From assembly GCA_964550305.1 (NCBI GenBank), contig CAZJYU010000002.1, positions 61,620 to 125,619 on the forward strand: 64,000 nt of DNA. Direction: 5' to 3'. The notes under the pieces are model-generated. The model was not told the origin of the DNA, did no database searches, and saw only the letters and a program-made list of their open reading frames with translations. Below are positions 10,326 through 19,844 of the stretch, piece by piece. How positions within the stretch are numbered: the stretch's first letter is position 1; each line of letters starts with the position of its first letter. Origin of the DNA: an uncultured Vicinamibacteraceae bacterium. GTDB taxonomy: Bacteria > Acidobacteriota > Vicinamibacteria > Vicinamibacterales > UBA8438. A program made the position numbers and the translations under genes.

Positions 10326-10823
10326 ATGAACGCGCGGCGGGTTCGGGCAATCGACTGGACAGCGTGGCGGGCGGTCGACCCCGCTACGCTGGTCTTCGTG
10401 ATCAAGGACGGCCGGATGCTCCTGATCCGAAAGAAGCGCGGGCTCGGCGCCGGCAAGATCAACGGCCCGGGCGGTCGTCTCGAGCCGGGCGAGACGTTCG
10501 CCGACTGCGCCGTCCGCGAAGTGCAGGAGGAGCTTCGAGTGACGCCGCTCCGGCCGGAACAGGTGGGAATCCACCGCTTCCAGTTCGTCGACGGCTACTC
10601 CACCTACGTTCATGTCTTCCGCGCCCCCGATCTCGTGGGAGAGCCCACTGAGACTGGCGAGGCCACACCGCACTGGGTTAGCGTCGAGGCCATCCCTTTC
10701 GACGAGATGTGGGAAGACGATCGCCATTGGCTGCCGCTCGTCGTGGCGGGCCGCCGCTTCGCGGGCCGGTGGATCTTCGACGGCGAACGGATGCTGGACT
10801 ACACGCTGGACGTGCTCTCCTGA
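10326..10823 (+). CDS. NUDIX hydrolase (MutT-like)
   Basis: Nudix box GPGGRLEPGETFADCAVREVQEELRV. Start set at ATG 10326 (MNARRV...), because the upstream part of the track ORF overlaps the dus 3' end and is Arg/Pro-rich. Confidence 0.85.
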   Translation: MNARRVRAIDWTAWRAVDPATLVFVIKDGRMLLIRKKRGLGAGKINGPGGRLEPGETFADCAVREVQEELRVTPLRPEQVGIHRFQFVDGYSTYVHVFRAPDLVGEPTETGEATPHWVSVEAIPFDEMWEDDRHWLPLVVAGRRFAGRWIFDGERMLDYTLDVLS

Positions 10824-10943
10824 ATCGGCCTCGGGTTGGGCGCAGGTGGAGTTGGCGACGTAGCCGGTCTGACGTATGATGCGAGTCTGTACACGCGCGA
10901 CCCGGGCCTTGGGCGGTTTGGCCCGGCGAGTCGGAGGGAGCCC

Positions 10944-12818
10944 GTGGCACGCAATAGATTCGACGAAGTCGATAGCGGCATCTGTCCCTGCTGGCGTTGG
11001 CTGACGAGACTGGCTATTCCGGCGGCTGCGATTCTGCTCTTGGTCGCGGCCGCGTCGCTGCGCGGCGCCGCTGGGGAGGCGGCCGCCACGGCAGGTCCGG
11101 AGGACTGGCAGGACGACCTCGCACCGATCACCGCCGCCGACTGGGACTACGGCAAGGCAGCACACCTACTGGAACGGGCTGGCTTCGGTGGGACGCCCGC
11201 TGAGATCGAGCGCCTCGAGGCGATGACGCCCAGTGAGGCAGTAGATTACCTCGTTGACTACCAGGCGCTGGAGGATACCGCTCCGGCGTTTGAAGCCTCC
11301 CCCATCTGGGATCCGGGGATGGATCCGTTCCCGAAGAGCCGGGCCGACGCGGTCCGCATCGCACGCGAGCGAGGCGTGTCGATGGGCGTCGAACCGCTCC
11401 CGGAGGGGGAATCGCGCCGGCTGCAGCCGGTGGTCAACAAGTTCTTCTACGGCCTCCGCTCGAATTCCGTCGAGACCCAGCGGCTCGCTACCTGGTGGGG
11501 CGAGCGGATGCTCGTGACCCGGCGGCCACTCGAGGAGAAACTGACCCTCTTCTGGCACGGGCACTTCGCCACCGGCAACGTGAAGGTGCGCGACACGCGG
11601 ATGATGCGGCAGCAGATCGAGATGCTTCGCGCGAATGCAAACGGGAACTTCCACGACCTGCTCCTCGGCATCCTGACCGACCCCGCCATGCTGGTTTATC
11701 TCGACAACGGCGAGAACGTGAAGGATCACCCGAACGAGAACTTCGGACGCGAACTGCTGGAACTCTTCTCGCTCGGAGTGGGGAACTACACCGAGACCGA
11801 CATTCGTGAGGCGGCGCGTGCGTTCACGGGATGGACGAACGATGTGCTCGAGTTCAAGTTCGATGCGGAGCAGCATGATTTCGGCGAAAAGACATTCCTG
11901 GGCCGGACCGGCGCCTTCGATGGCGGCGACATCATCGACATCATCCTGGACGAGCCAGCTGCGGCGGAGTTCATGGCGGCGAAGCTGTACCGCTTCTTCG
12001 TGCGCGATGAAATAGACGACGCCGTCCGCACCGATCTCGCGGCGACATTCCGCGACGCCGGTTACGAACTCCGGCCGCTACTGCGCAGGATCTTCCTCTC
12101 GCGCGACTTCTACAGCCCGGCGTCGTACGCGACGCAGATCAAGAGCCCGGTCCATCTGGTCGTTTCCACCTACCGGAAGCTGGAGCTGACGGAGCTGCCG
12201 ACGATTCCCGATTTCAACCGGCTGACCGCCGGCTTGGGCCAGACGTTGTTCAATCCCCCGAACGTCGCGGGTTGGGCAGGCGGCCGCACCTGGATGACGC
12301 CGGCCACCCTGCTCCAGCGGGGCAACCTCTTCCGTGATGTCCTGTATCCCGATACGGACGGCTTCTGGGCCCCCGACCGCGTGGTGCCCGGCGTGTACCG
12401 GCAGGTTGAAGAGCGGCTGGCGCGGGGGATGAACATTACCGCCGCGACCCAGGAAGGGGACGCCGAGTCGAGTATGCTGGCCGACCGCGACGAGGACTAC
12501 AACACGCGGTACGGCGGCTATATGGGCTACGTGATGGCGTTTGAGCGCCTGATTCCCATTCCGCGCCGCGTGGCTGACCTCGACATGGTGCGGTTGCTCG
12601 CCGATGCCGGCAAGTCGTCGGTGAACGACGTCGTCGATCACCTGCTGCGGCGCTTCCTGCGCGTGAAGCTGAGCGACGCGGACCGGGGCGTGCTCGTCGA
12701 CTTTCTGCGCGACGAACTGGGCGCCGACCGGATCGAAGACGCTACGCCCCAGACCGAATCCGCGTTGCGCGGCCTGCTGTATCTGATCCTGAGCACTCCG
12801 GAGTACCAACTGGCCTGA
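10944..12818 (+). CDS. DUF1800 domain-containing protein
   Basis: LTLFWHGHFATG..., FHDLLLGILTDPAMLVYLDN and NENFGRELLELFSLGVGNYTE are typical of DUF1800. Start chosen at GTG 10944, which has GGAGGGAG immediately upstream. The track start TTG 10836 is possible. Confidence 0.85.
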   Translation: MARNRFDEVDSGICPCWRWLTRLAIPAAAILLLVAAASLRGAAGEAAATAGPEDWQDDLAPITAADWDYGKAAHLLERAGFGGTPAEIERLEAMTPSEAVDYLVDYQALEDTAPAFEASPIWDPGMDPFPKSRADAVRIARERGVSMGVEPLPEGESRRLQPVVNKFFYGLRSNSVETQRLATWWGERMLVTRRPLEEKLTLFWHGHFATGNVKVRDTRMMRQQIEMLRANANGNFHDLLLGILTDPAMLVYLDNGENVKDHPNENFGRELLELFSLGVGNYTETDIREAARAFTGWTNDVLEFKFDAEQHDFGEKTFLGRTGAFDGGDIIDIILDEPAAAEFMAAKLYRFFVRDEIDDAVRTDLAATFRDAGYELRPLLRRIFLSRDFYSPASYATQIKSPVHLVVSTYRKLELTELPTIPDFNRLTAGLGQTLFNPPNVAGWAGGRTWMTPATLLQRGNLFRDVLYPDTDGFWAPDRVVPGVYRQVEERLARGMNITAATQEGDAESSMLADRDEDYNTRYGGYMGYVMAFERLIPIPRRVADLDMVRLLADAGKSSVNDVVDHLLRRFLRVKLSDADRGVLVDFLRDELGADRIEDATPQTESALRGLLYLILSTPEYQLA

Positions 12819-12842
12819 GCGAGGGCCGGAGGAGAGAGAACG

Positions 12843-14096
12843 ATGGCTCGATTCACCTGCGGATGTTCGCGGCGGGACTTCCTGATCAAGGGGATGTACG
12901 GCCTGGGCGTCGGCGCGACGCTCCCCATGCTCCTGAACCGCACGTCCGCGGCCCTTACGGCGCAGGCGCTGGAGGGTACGAGCATGGAAAACAGCCCCGA
13001 GCGGATTCTGGTGGTGGTGGAGCTGTCAGGTGGCAACGACGGTCTGAACACCGTCGTGCCGTACGGCGATGACGAGTACTACCGGGTGCGTCCCACCATC
13101 GGCATTCCGAAGTCGGAGGTGATCAGGCTTGACGACCACTTCGGGTTCCACCCGTCGTTGATCGGCTTCGAGCGCCTCTACAAGGACGGCCACATGGCGG
13201 TTGTGCATGGGTGTGGCTACGACAACCCCAGCCTGTCGCACTTCTCGTCGATGGGCTTCTGGCACACCGGCGTTCCGAACGGCGGGGAGACGCTCGGGTG
13301 GCTCGGCCGGCTCGCGGACGGCGCGTACGACCACGACGCCCAGGGCAACACGATCGTCAACATCGGGACGCGGCAGTCGCTCGCGGTCCGCGCCCAGCAC
13401 CATTCCCCGCTCGTATTCAACGATCCCCGGACGTTCAAACGAAACGGGACCAGCGGAGAACAGGCGGCGATCGGCCGGATGACGTCATCCAACGCGGCGA
13501 GCAACCCGACGCTGGATTTCCTCTCCAGCACGGCGCAGAACGCCGCCGAGAGTTCGGATTTCGTCCGCCAGGCGGCGGCTGCCTACCAGACGCCGGTCGA
13601 CTACGGCATCGGCGGACTCTCGGGACCCCTGCGTCAGGTGGCCTCGTTGATCCATGCGGACATGCCCACGCGCCTGTACTACGTCGTCTACCAGGGCAAC
13701 TCGTTCGACACGCACGTGCATCAGATGGACCCGCACGCTCGGCTACTCGCCTACACCGCCGACGCGATCCGGGGCTTCACGACCGACCTTGACCGGATCG
13801 GCAGGGGCGACGATGTGGCAATGATGGTCTTTACCGAATTCGGCCGGCGGGTGGAAGAGAACGGCAGTCTTGGGACCGACCATGGCACGGCGACGCCGAT
13901 GTTCGTGATCGGCAACCACGTCACGGGCGGCCTCTATGGCGAACCGCCGAGCCTGACCGAGCTGGACGACGGAAACCTCATCAAGACGACCGACTTCCGG
14001 CGGGTCTACGCCACAATGATCGAGGAGTGGCTTCGGTTCGACGACTCCCCGGAGGTGCTGAAGGGATCGTTCGACCCGATGGACATGTTCGCCTAG
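12843..14096 (+). CDS. DUF1501 domain-containing protein (sulfatase-fold, Tat-signal)
   Basis: Twin-arginine signal CSRRDFLIKG; motifs ELSGGNDGLNTVVP and TEFGRRVEENGSLGTDHG. Strong RBS GGAGGAGAG. This is the usual partner of DUF1800. Confidence 0.9.
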   Translation: MARFTCGCSRRDFLIKGMYGLGVGATLPMLLNRTSAALTAQALEGTSMENSPERILVVVELSGGNDGLNTVVPYGDDEYYRVRPTIGIPKSEVIRLDDHFGFHPSLIGFERLYKDGHMAVVHGCGYDNPSLSHFSSMGFWHTGVPNGGETLGWLGRLADGAYDHDAQGNTIVNIGTRQSLAVRAQHHSPLVFNDPRTFKRNGTSGEQAAIGRMTSSNAASNPTLDFLSSTAQNAAESSDFVRQAAAAYQTPVDYGIGGLSGPLRQVASLIHADMPTRLYYVVYQGNSFDTHVHQMDPHARLLAYTADAIRGFTTDLDRIGRGDDVAMMVFTEFGRRVEENGSLGTDHGTATPMFVIGNHVTGGLYGEPPSLTELDDGNLIKTTDFRRVYATMIEEWLRFDDSPEVLKGSFDPMDMFA

Positions 14097-14156
14097 CCCG
14101 CCCGGAGGCGTGCGCCGACGTTCGCGCCGGCGCCACCGGCGGGAACGGCCTCGCCA

Positions 14157-15539
<1,383 letters not shown>

Positions 15540-15714
15540 GTGGCTGCCGCCACTCGAAGCGGGGCGTCAACATTGTAACCGCGGAGGTACCGGAAGGCAC
15601 GGAGGGCTACAGTCCGCGCGCGGCAGTGCCGATATCCCGTTCGTGGCGGGGGAAGGCACGCGTCCGGCGCGGCATCGGCCCCCAGTTCTGTTATCCGGAA
15701 GGAGAAACCGAGCC

Positions 15715-15924
15715 ATGGATGTGGACCGTAAGACTGTGTCGATCATGAAGGCCTGCGAGTTGGTGGGCGTCAGCCGACGGACCATCTACAACTGGATCGC
15801 CGCCGGCAAGGTGGAGTACGTGCGAACGGCTGGTGGCTCCGTCCGGATCTTCGCCGACACGCTCTGGCGGGGCCCGGATGCCCGATCGGACCGCCGCCCA
15901 CTGATCGATTCACCCGCCCATTAG
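15715..15924 (+). CDS. Small helix-turn-helix DNA-binding protein (excisionase/MerR-like HTH_17 type)
   Basis: MDVDRKTVSIMKACELVGVSRRTIYNWIAAGKVEYVRTAGGSVRI. GGAGAA RBS about 8 nt upstream of ATG 15715. No integrase nearby. Confidence 0.7.
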   Translation: MDVDRKTVSIMKACELVGVSRRTIYNWIAAGKVEYVRTAGGSVRIFADTLWRGPDARSDRRPLIDSPAH

Positions 15925-16001
15925 CCTCCCCGCTGTCAAGGCTGCGCGCCGGACTTCAGCGCAGCTGCCCAGGCTCCGTGCATTCGCAACTGTCAGATGC
16001 T

Positions 16002-16037
16002 TGACGCTTGGGGTGTCGAGCGTCAGGCGATTGACGC
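16002..16037 (+). promoter_or_regulatory. Candidate enhancer (UAS): TGACGCT-N10-AGCGTCA inverted repeat plus a third TGACGC half-site
   Basis: TGACGCT 16002-16008, AGCGTCA 16019-16025, TGACGC 16032-16037. The group lies about 150-180 bp upstream of the sigma-54 promoter. Confidence 0.35.
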
Positions 16038-16106
16038 ACATCCTGGCTCATCATTGCCGGACCCTGCCCGCTCCTGCCCGTCTCGTCTCGGACCGTCACA
16101 TAATCG

Positions 16107-16131
16107 CAAGTTACTGAAAAAAAGTAACTTG
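16107..16131. repeat. Perfect 9-bp AT-rich inverted repeat CAAGTTACT-gaaaaaa-AGTAACTTG
   Basis: Read directly. It is strikingly AT-rich in a GC-rich context and lies between the candidate UAS and the sigma-54 promoter. Confidence 0.6.
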
Positions 16132-16182
16132 TGTGGCCATCGGCCCGGTGCCCGGTCGCGATTCTCCCAGATTTGCCCAAGT

Positions 16183-16197
16183 TGGCACGGATCTTGC
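16183..16197 (+). promoter_or_regulatory. Sigma-54 (-24/-12) promoter TGGCACggatcTTGC
   Basis: Exact match to the TGGCAC-N5-TTGC consensus, with 10 nt between the GG and GC doublets. It lies 14 nt upstream of ATG 16211. Confidence 0.6.
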
Positions 16198-16210
16198 GTT
16201 ATCCCGGTGC

Positions 16211-17059
16211 ATGGATAAACAAACGCGACGTCGCACACGGCAGGAACGAATCGATGCGGGCGTTCCCTTCGTTGGAGCGCTCGCCCGGCGGATGGCGGCG
16301 CAGATGCCCCATTCGATTGACGTTGGTGATCTGGTGCAGGATGGCATGCTCGGGCTGATCGATGCCGCCGACCGATACGACGATGACCGTGGTATCAAGT
16401 TCGAGACCTTCGCGGAACGGCGGGTCCGCGGCGCCATGATCGACGCGCTACGGCGTGGCGCCTGGCCGCGCGGAATCCGTCGCGTCCGTCGCGAGGTCAA
16501 GGAGGCGCGGGAGAAGCTGCGCGCCGAGTCGGGTACAGAGCCGACAACCACCGAGATCGCCCGCCACCTGCGGATGGACGAGGCGAAGTTGGCACGGGCG
16601 CTACGGAGAATAAGCGTCATCGAGGCAACATCTCCACTCACCGCCTCGGAAACGGTGAATCACTCCGACCTGCCGCCCGTGCTGTCACCGTCAGCGCCAC
16701 CGGCGCCCGACGCGCAATGCGAGCGCACAGAGGTACGCGACCGGATCCGCGCCGCAATCGCCGCTCTGCCCGAACGGGAGCGGACGGTCGTAGGACGCTA
16801 CTACTACGGCGAGAGCACGATGAAGGAGATCGGAGGCGAGATCGGCGTGAACGAGTCTCGCGTGTCGCAGCTCCATGCGCGAGCGATCGCACGACTGCGT
16901 GGCCTGCTTGCGCCTGATCTGGCGCCGGAGCAACTCGCGAGCGCGCTCGCGAAGGGCGGACCGGCCACCGCATCCGCCAGGCCCCGGATGGCGAAGGCTG
17001 GATTAGCGTCGGGCCGGGCAGGAGCGCGGCAACATCAACAGATCGCGGCGGCGCGGTAG
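16211..17059 (+). CDS. RNA polymerase sigma factor, FliA/WhiG (sigma-28) family
   Basis: Region 2 DLVQDGMLGLIDAADRYDDDRGIKFETFAERRVRGAMID. Region 4 HTH ERERTVVGRYYYGESTMKEIGGEIGVNESRVSQLHARAIARLR. Start at ATG 16211 is needed to keep the VPFVGALARR region that aligns with FliA N-termini. Confidence 0.85.
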   Translation: MDKQTRRRTRQERIDAGVPFVGALARRMAAQMPHSIDVGDLVQDGMLGLIDAADRYDDDRGIKFETFAERRVRGAMIDALRRGAWPRGIRRVRREVKEAREKLRAESGTEPTTTEIARHLRMDEAKLARALRRISVIEATSPLTASETVNHSDLPPVLSPSAPPAPDAQCERTEVRDRIRAAIAALPERERTVVGRYYYGESTMKEIGGEIGVNESRVSQLHARAIARLRGLLAPDLAPEQLASALAKGGPATASARPRMAKAGLASGRAGARQHQQIAAAR

Positions 17060-17135
17060 TCCCTCCCCGTGTCGTCCGACCCCGGATCGCCCCGTCCGCC
17101 TGTCCTTCCCGGCGGCGGGGCATCCGGGCAAATCT

Positions 17136-18290
17136 TCACTCAGCGGCGGGCAGTTCCACAAGGAACGACGCTCCCTCGCCGGGCGTGGACTTTACATGCA
17201 TCCCGCCGCCGTGGTCCTGCACAATCGCATGCGCGACGGTCAGCCCGAGTCCGGTCCCCTTGCCGGGCGACTTGGTCGTGAAGAACGGATCAAAGATCCG
17301 CTCCTGTACATCATTCGCAATCCCGGGGCCGTCGTCGTGGATCTCAAGCACCACGAGGCGTCGATCGACGTCGTGCCACGAACGCGCGATCAGCGTCCCG
17401 CGGCCATTGGCCGACAGCATCGCTTGCTCGGCGTTGATGACCAGATTCAGGAGAACTTGCTTCAAATGGTGCCCATCGGCGAATACCTGCGGCAACCCGG
17501 TAGCAAGCGCGTCGATTGTCGCAATGTTGGCCACCCGTTGATCGTACGCTCGTAGTGACAGCACCTCGCGGGTCACCTGATTGATGTCGACCATGCCACG
17601 CGTCGTGTGACGCTTGCGCGAGAAGTCGAGCAGGTTGCGGACGATCCGGGCCGCCCGTTCCGACTCGCCCAGGATAGTCTCGATCCCCCGCTTCGTCAGA
17701 TCGTCCTGGTCGCGCCCCGACAGCCGTTCTGCCCAGGTCAGGATGGCAGCGAGCGGGTTGTTCAGTTCGTGCGCCACGCCCGACACCGTTTGGCCGAGGG
17801 CGGCCAGTTTCTCCGCCTGCAAGAGCTGGTGATAGATATCACGCCCTTGATCCTCCAGCGCACGACGCTCGCTGACGTCCCGCAGCACGGCGTCCAGCCG
17901 CGCCGGTTCATTCTCTACCGGCGCGGAGGCATGTGCGGTCACCTCCATCCAGATCGGCGCGCCGTCCGTCCGCCGAAGTCGCACGAGGTAGTCGGTTACG
18001 GCCCCGTCCCGCAGCAATTGTCCGACGAATGCCCGCCGCGCGGCGATGTCGACAAAGCGATCCTCCTCGAAGGGGCGAACCGCCGCCGGGTCGGCGTCCG
18101 GTTCGAAGCCGAGCATCAACTTGAGGTAGGGGTTCGCCGCGATGGTGATACTGGCCCCGGTGCCAGGAAGCACGCCGACGTAGATGCCAGTGTGAACCGT
18201 CTCGAACAACTCCGCGAGCGCGTCGCGCCAAGGGATATCGGCGAGACCGTCGGCGGCGGCCAGCGTCTGTCGCTCGGTGCGGGGCGGCAC
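17136..18290 (-). CDS. PAS-domain sensor histidine kinase (NtrB-like)
   Basis: H-box SGVAHELNNPLAAI, N-box LLNLVINAEQA, G-boxes HDDGPGI and GKGTGLGL, plus an N-terminal PAS-like region. Confidence 0.9.
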   Translation of the reverse strand: MPPRTERQTLAAADGLADIPWRDALAELFETVHTGIYVGVLPGTGASITIAANPYLKLMLGFEPDADPAAVRPFEEDRFVDIAARRAFVGQLLRDGAVTDYLVRLRRTDGAPIWMEVTAHASAPVENEPARLDAVLRDVSERRALEDQGRDIYHQLLQAEKLAALGQTVSGVAHELNNPLAAILTWAERLSGRDQDDLTKRGIETILGESERAARIVRNLLDFSRKRHTTRGMVDINQVTREVLSLRAYDQRVANIATIDALATGLPQVFADGHHLKQVLLNLVINAEQAMLSANGRGTLIARSWHDVDRRLVVLEIHDDGPGIANDVQERIFDPFFTTKSPGKGTGLGLTVAHAIVQDHGGGMHVKSTPGEGASFLVELPAAE

Positions 18291-18314
18291 AACCCTGGCC
18301 CCGTCCCTGGGTCG

Positions 18315-18959
18315 TCAGTTCGCCGGCTCGGGAGGTGCTGGCGTCGGCGTATGCAGAGGCGAGCCCGCGTACGCTACCTCGATCGCGTCGCGAATGTCGG
18401 TCACGAGTGCTCCGGAGGCGTGCATCTGCATCGCCGTCCGTCCTACGTCGACACAGGCGATGCACGCCATTCCGTGTTCCTCCCACTCGCGCACAGTACC
18501 GTCGGCGTTGCGCTGCCGCACGAAGCAGTCGGCGTTGCGCCGGTGGCCGCGGGTCTCGCAACCGCAGAAACAGGGAACGTACTCCAGCACCTCGGGGTGC
18601 CGCGCCGCGAACATGTACACCTCGCGGATCACTTCAGGGTCGCGCGGAATCAAACCTGCCTGCAGCGGCAAGGGCGGTATTGCGGCATCGGCCGGCGGTG
18701 TGGGCGTCCGCTCCTCGGGAGGCGGAGGCGGCGGCGCGGGAGGAAATCCGGAGGCCTCGCCCGTGTCGTTCAGCGCGATCTCGCTCTCCGGGTCGACCAC
18801 CGCATTGTCGTCCCCGGTCAGCGTGAGGAAACCGACCAGCGCGAGCGCGGCCAGACCGCCACCGATAAGAATCCAAGGGGGGCCACCGCTATGTTCAGGC
18901 CTCTCCTCCGACACGGAAACACCGGATCCTACTGAGCGAGTCCGTCTTTTTCGACCCAT
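18315..18959 (-). CDS. PCYCGC-motif membrane-anchored protein (putative metal/thiol-binding)
   Basis: N-terminal TM anchor, a Pro-rich linker, then EYVPCFCGCETRGH...CIACVDVG, which resembles the PCYCGC family. It lies 25 nt upstream of the histidine kinase on the same strand. Confidence 0.7.
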   Translation of the reverse strand: MGRKRRTRSVGSGVSVSEERPEHSGGPPWILIGGGLAALALVGFLTLTGDDNAVVDPESEIALNDTGEASGFPPAPPPPPPEERTPTPPADAAIPPLPLQAGLIPRDPEVIREVYMFAARHPEVLEYVPCFCGCETRGHRRNADCFVRQRNADGTVREWEEHGMACIACVDVGRTAMQMHASGALVTDIRDAIEVAYAGSPLHTPTPAPPEPAN

Positions 18960-19002
18960 GCCAGCATCTTAACACGGCCTGTCGTCGCAGTTCGTTACAG
19001 CA

Positions 19003-19488
19003 TCAGCCGCCGCCATTGGCGCCGTTGAGATTACGGACCTTGGGGCCGAGGGCGAACGTCATCGTCCCGTCGATCACGACGTCGTCACCCACGCGAGCGA
19101 ATCCCTTCAGTCGTCCCATCCGGCTCCGGAGCCGGACCACTTCCGCTTCGATCACGACCACATCGCCCGGATGGACCGGGTGGTGATAGCGGACATGTTC
19201 GATGCCCGTGAAGAAGGGGAGCTTCTGGCGATTCTCGGGCTTGGCAAGGATCAGAATGGCGCCCACCTGTGCCACCGCCTCGGTGAGGATGGTGGGAGGC
19301 AGCACGGGCCGGCCGCCGCCGAACGGCACCGAGAGGTAGCGCTCGTTAAGCGACACGTTCTTGATTCCGACGATCCGCTTGTCCTGTTCGAACTCGGTGA
19401 TCCGGTCTACCAGCAGAAAAGGGTAGCGGTGCGGCAGTATCCGTTCGATCGCGGCGTTGTCGAGAGGGAGAGTGAGGTCGGCGGTCAC
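19003..19488 (-). CDS. fabZ: 3-hydroxyacyl-ACP dehydratase FabZ
   Basis: ILPHRYPFLLVDRI and the hotdog fold signature GHFP-like region. GTG start. Confidence 0.93.
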   Translation of the reverse strand: MTADLTLPLDNAAIERILPHRYPFLLVDRITEFEQDKRIVGIKNVSLNERYLSVPFGGGRPVLPPTILTEAVAQVGAILILAKPENRQKLPFFTGIEHVRYHHPVHPGDVVVIEAEVVRLRSRMGRLKGFARVGDDVVIDGTMTFALGPKVRNLNGANGGG

Positions 19489-19844
19489 GGCCGGGTCAGT
19501 ATACCGCCCACCCCGAGGTTAGGCCCCATCCGTACAGAAAAAAACCACGCCGAGGTGCAGTGTTCGAATAGTGCGGGATGCCTTTCTTGCCAGCGCCTGC
19601 CTGATTCTGTGCATCCCGTAGCACCCCGGCGCGGTCACTAGCGAACGGCTGCAAGTCTCATGCCAAATCGTTCTCACGTTGGACCAGAGTCCGATCCGCA
19701 CCCGCGTTTCCGAGGTGTCTCGCCATCAGCGGCGGGGTGCGGTCCGCTCTGCGGCCGTTGGCTCCAGCGTGTGACTGTCCACCCGAAACGACGGTTCGGC
19801 CCCTGCGGCGGACGGCGGGCGTGCGTGCGCCGAACGGGGGCAGG

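Noticed and set aside
15715-15924. Excisionase-like HTH gene as a marker of an integrated mobile element
   Set aside because: There is no integrase, recombinase, tRNA target or flanking direct repeats, and no compositional shift beyond the intergenic spacers. I treat it as a small regulator.
19538-19544. A7/T7 run as a rho-independent terminator
   Set aside because: I found no convincing GC-rich hairpin immediately upstream of the T-run on the minus strand, only 3-bp pairings. It is more likely an AT-rich promoter-upstream element.
19562-19569. GTTCGAAT, a tRNA T-loop-like string in the fabZ upstream spacer (checked because a tRNA-Sec would have been relevant)
   Set aside because: The flanking bases do not form a T-stem, and I could not build acceptor, D or anticodon arms on either strand.
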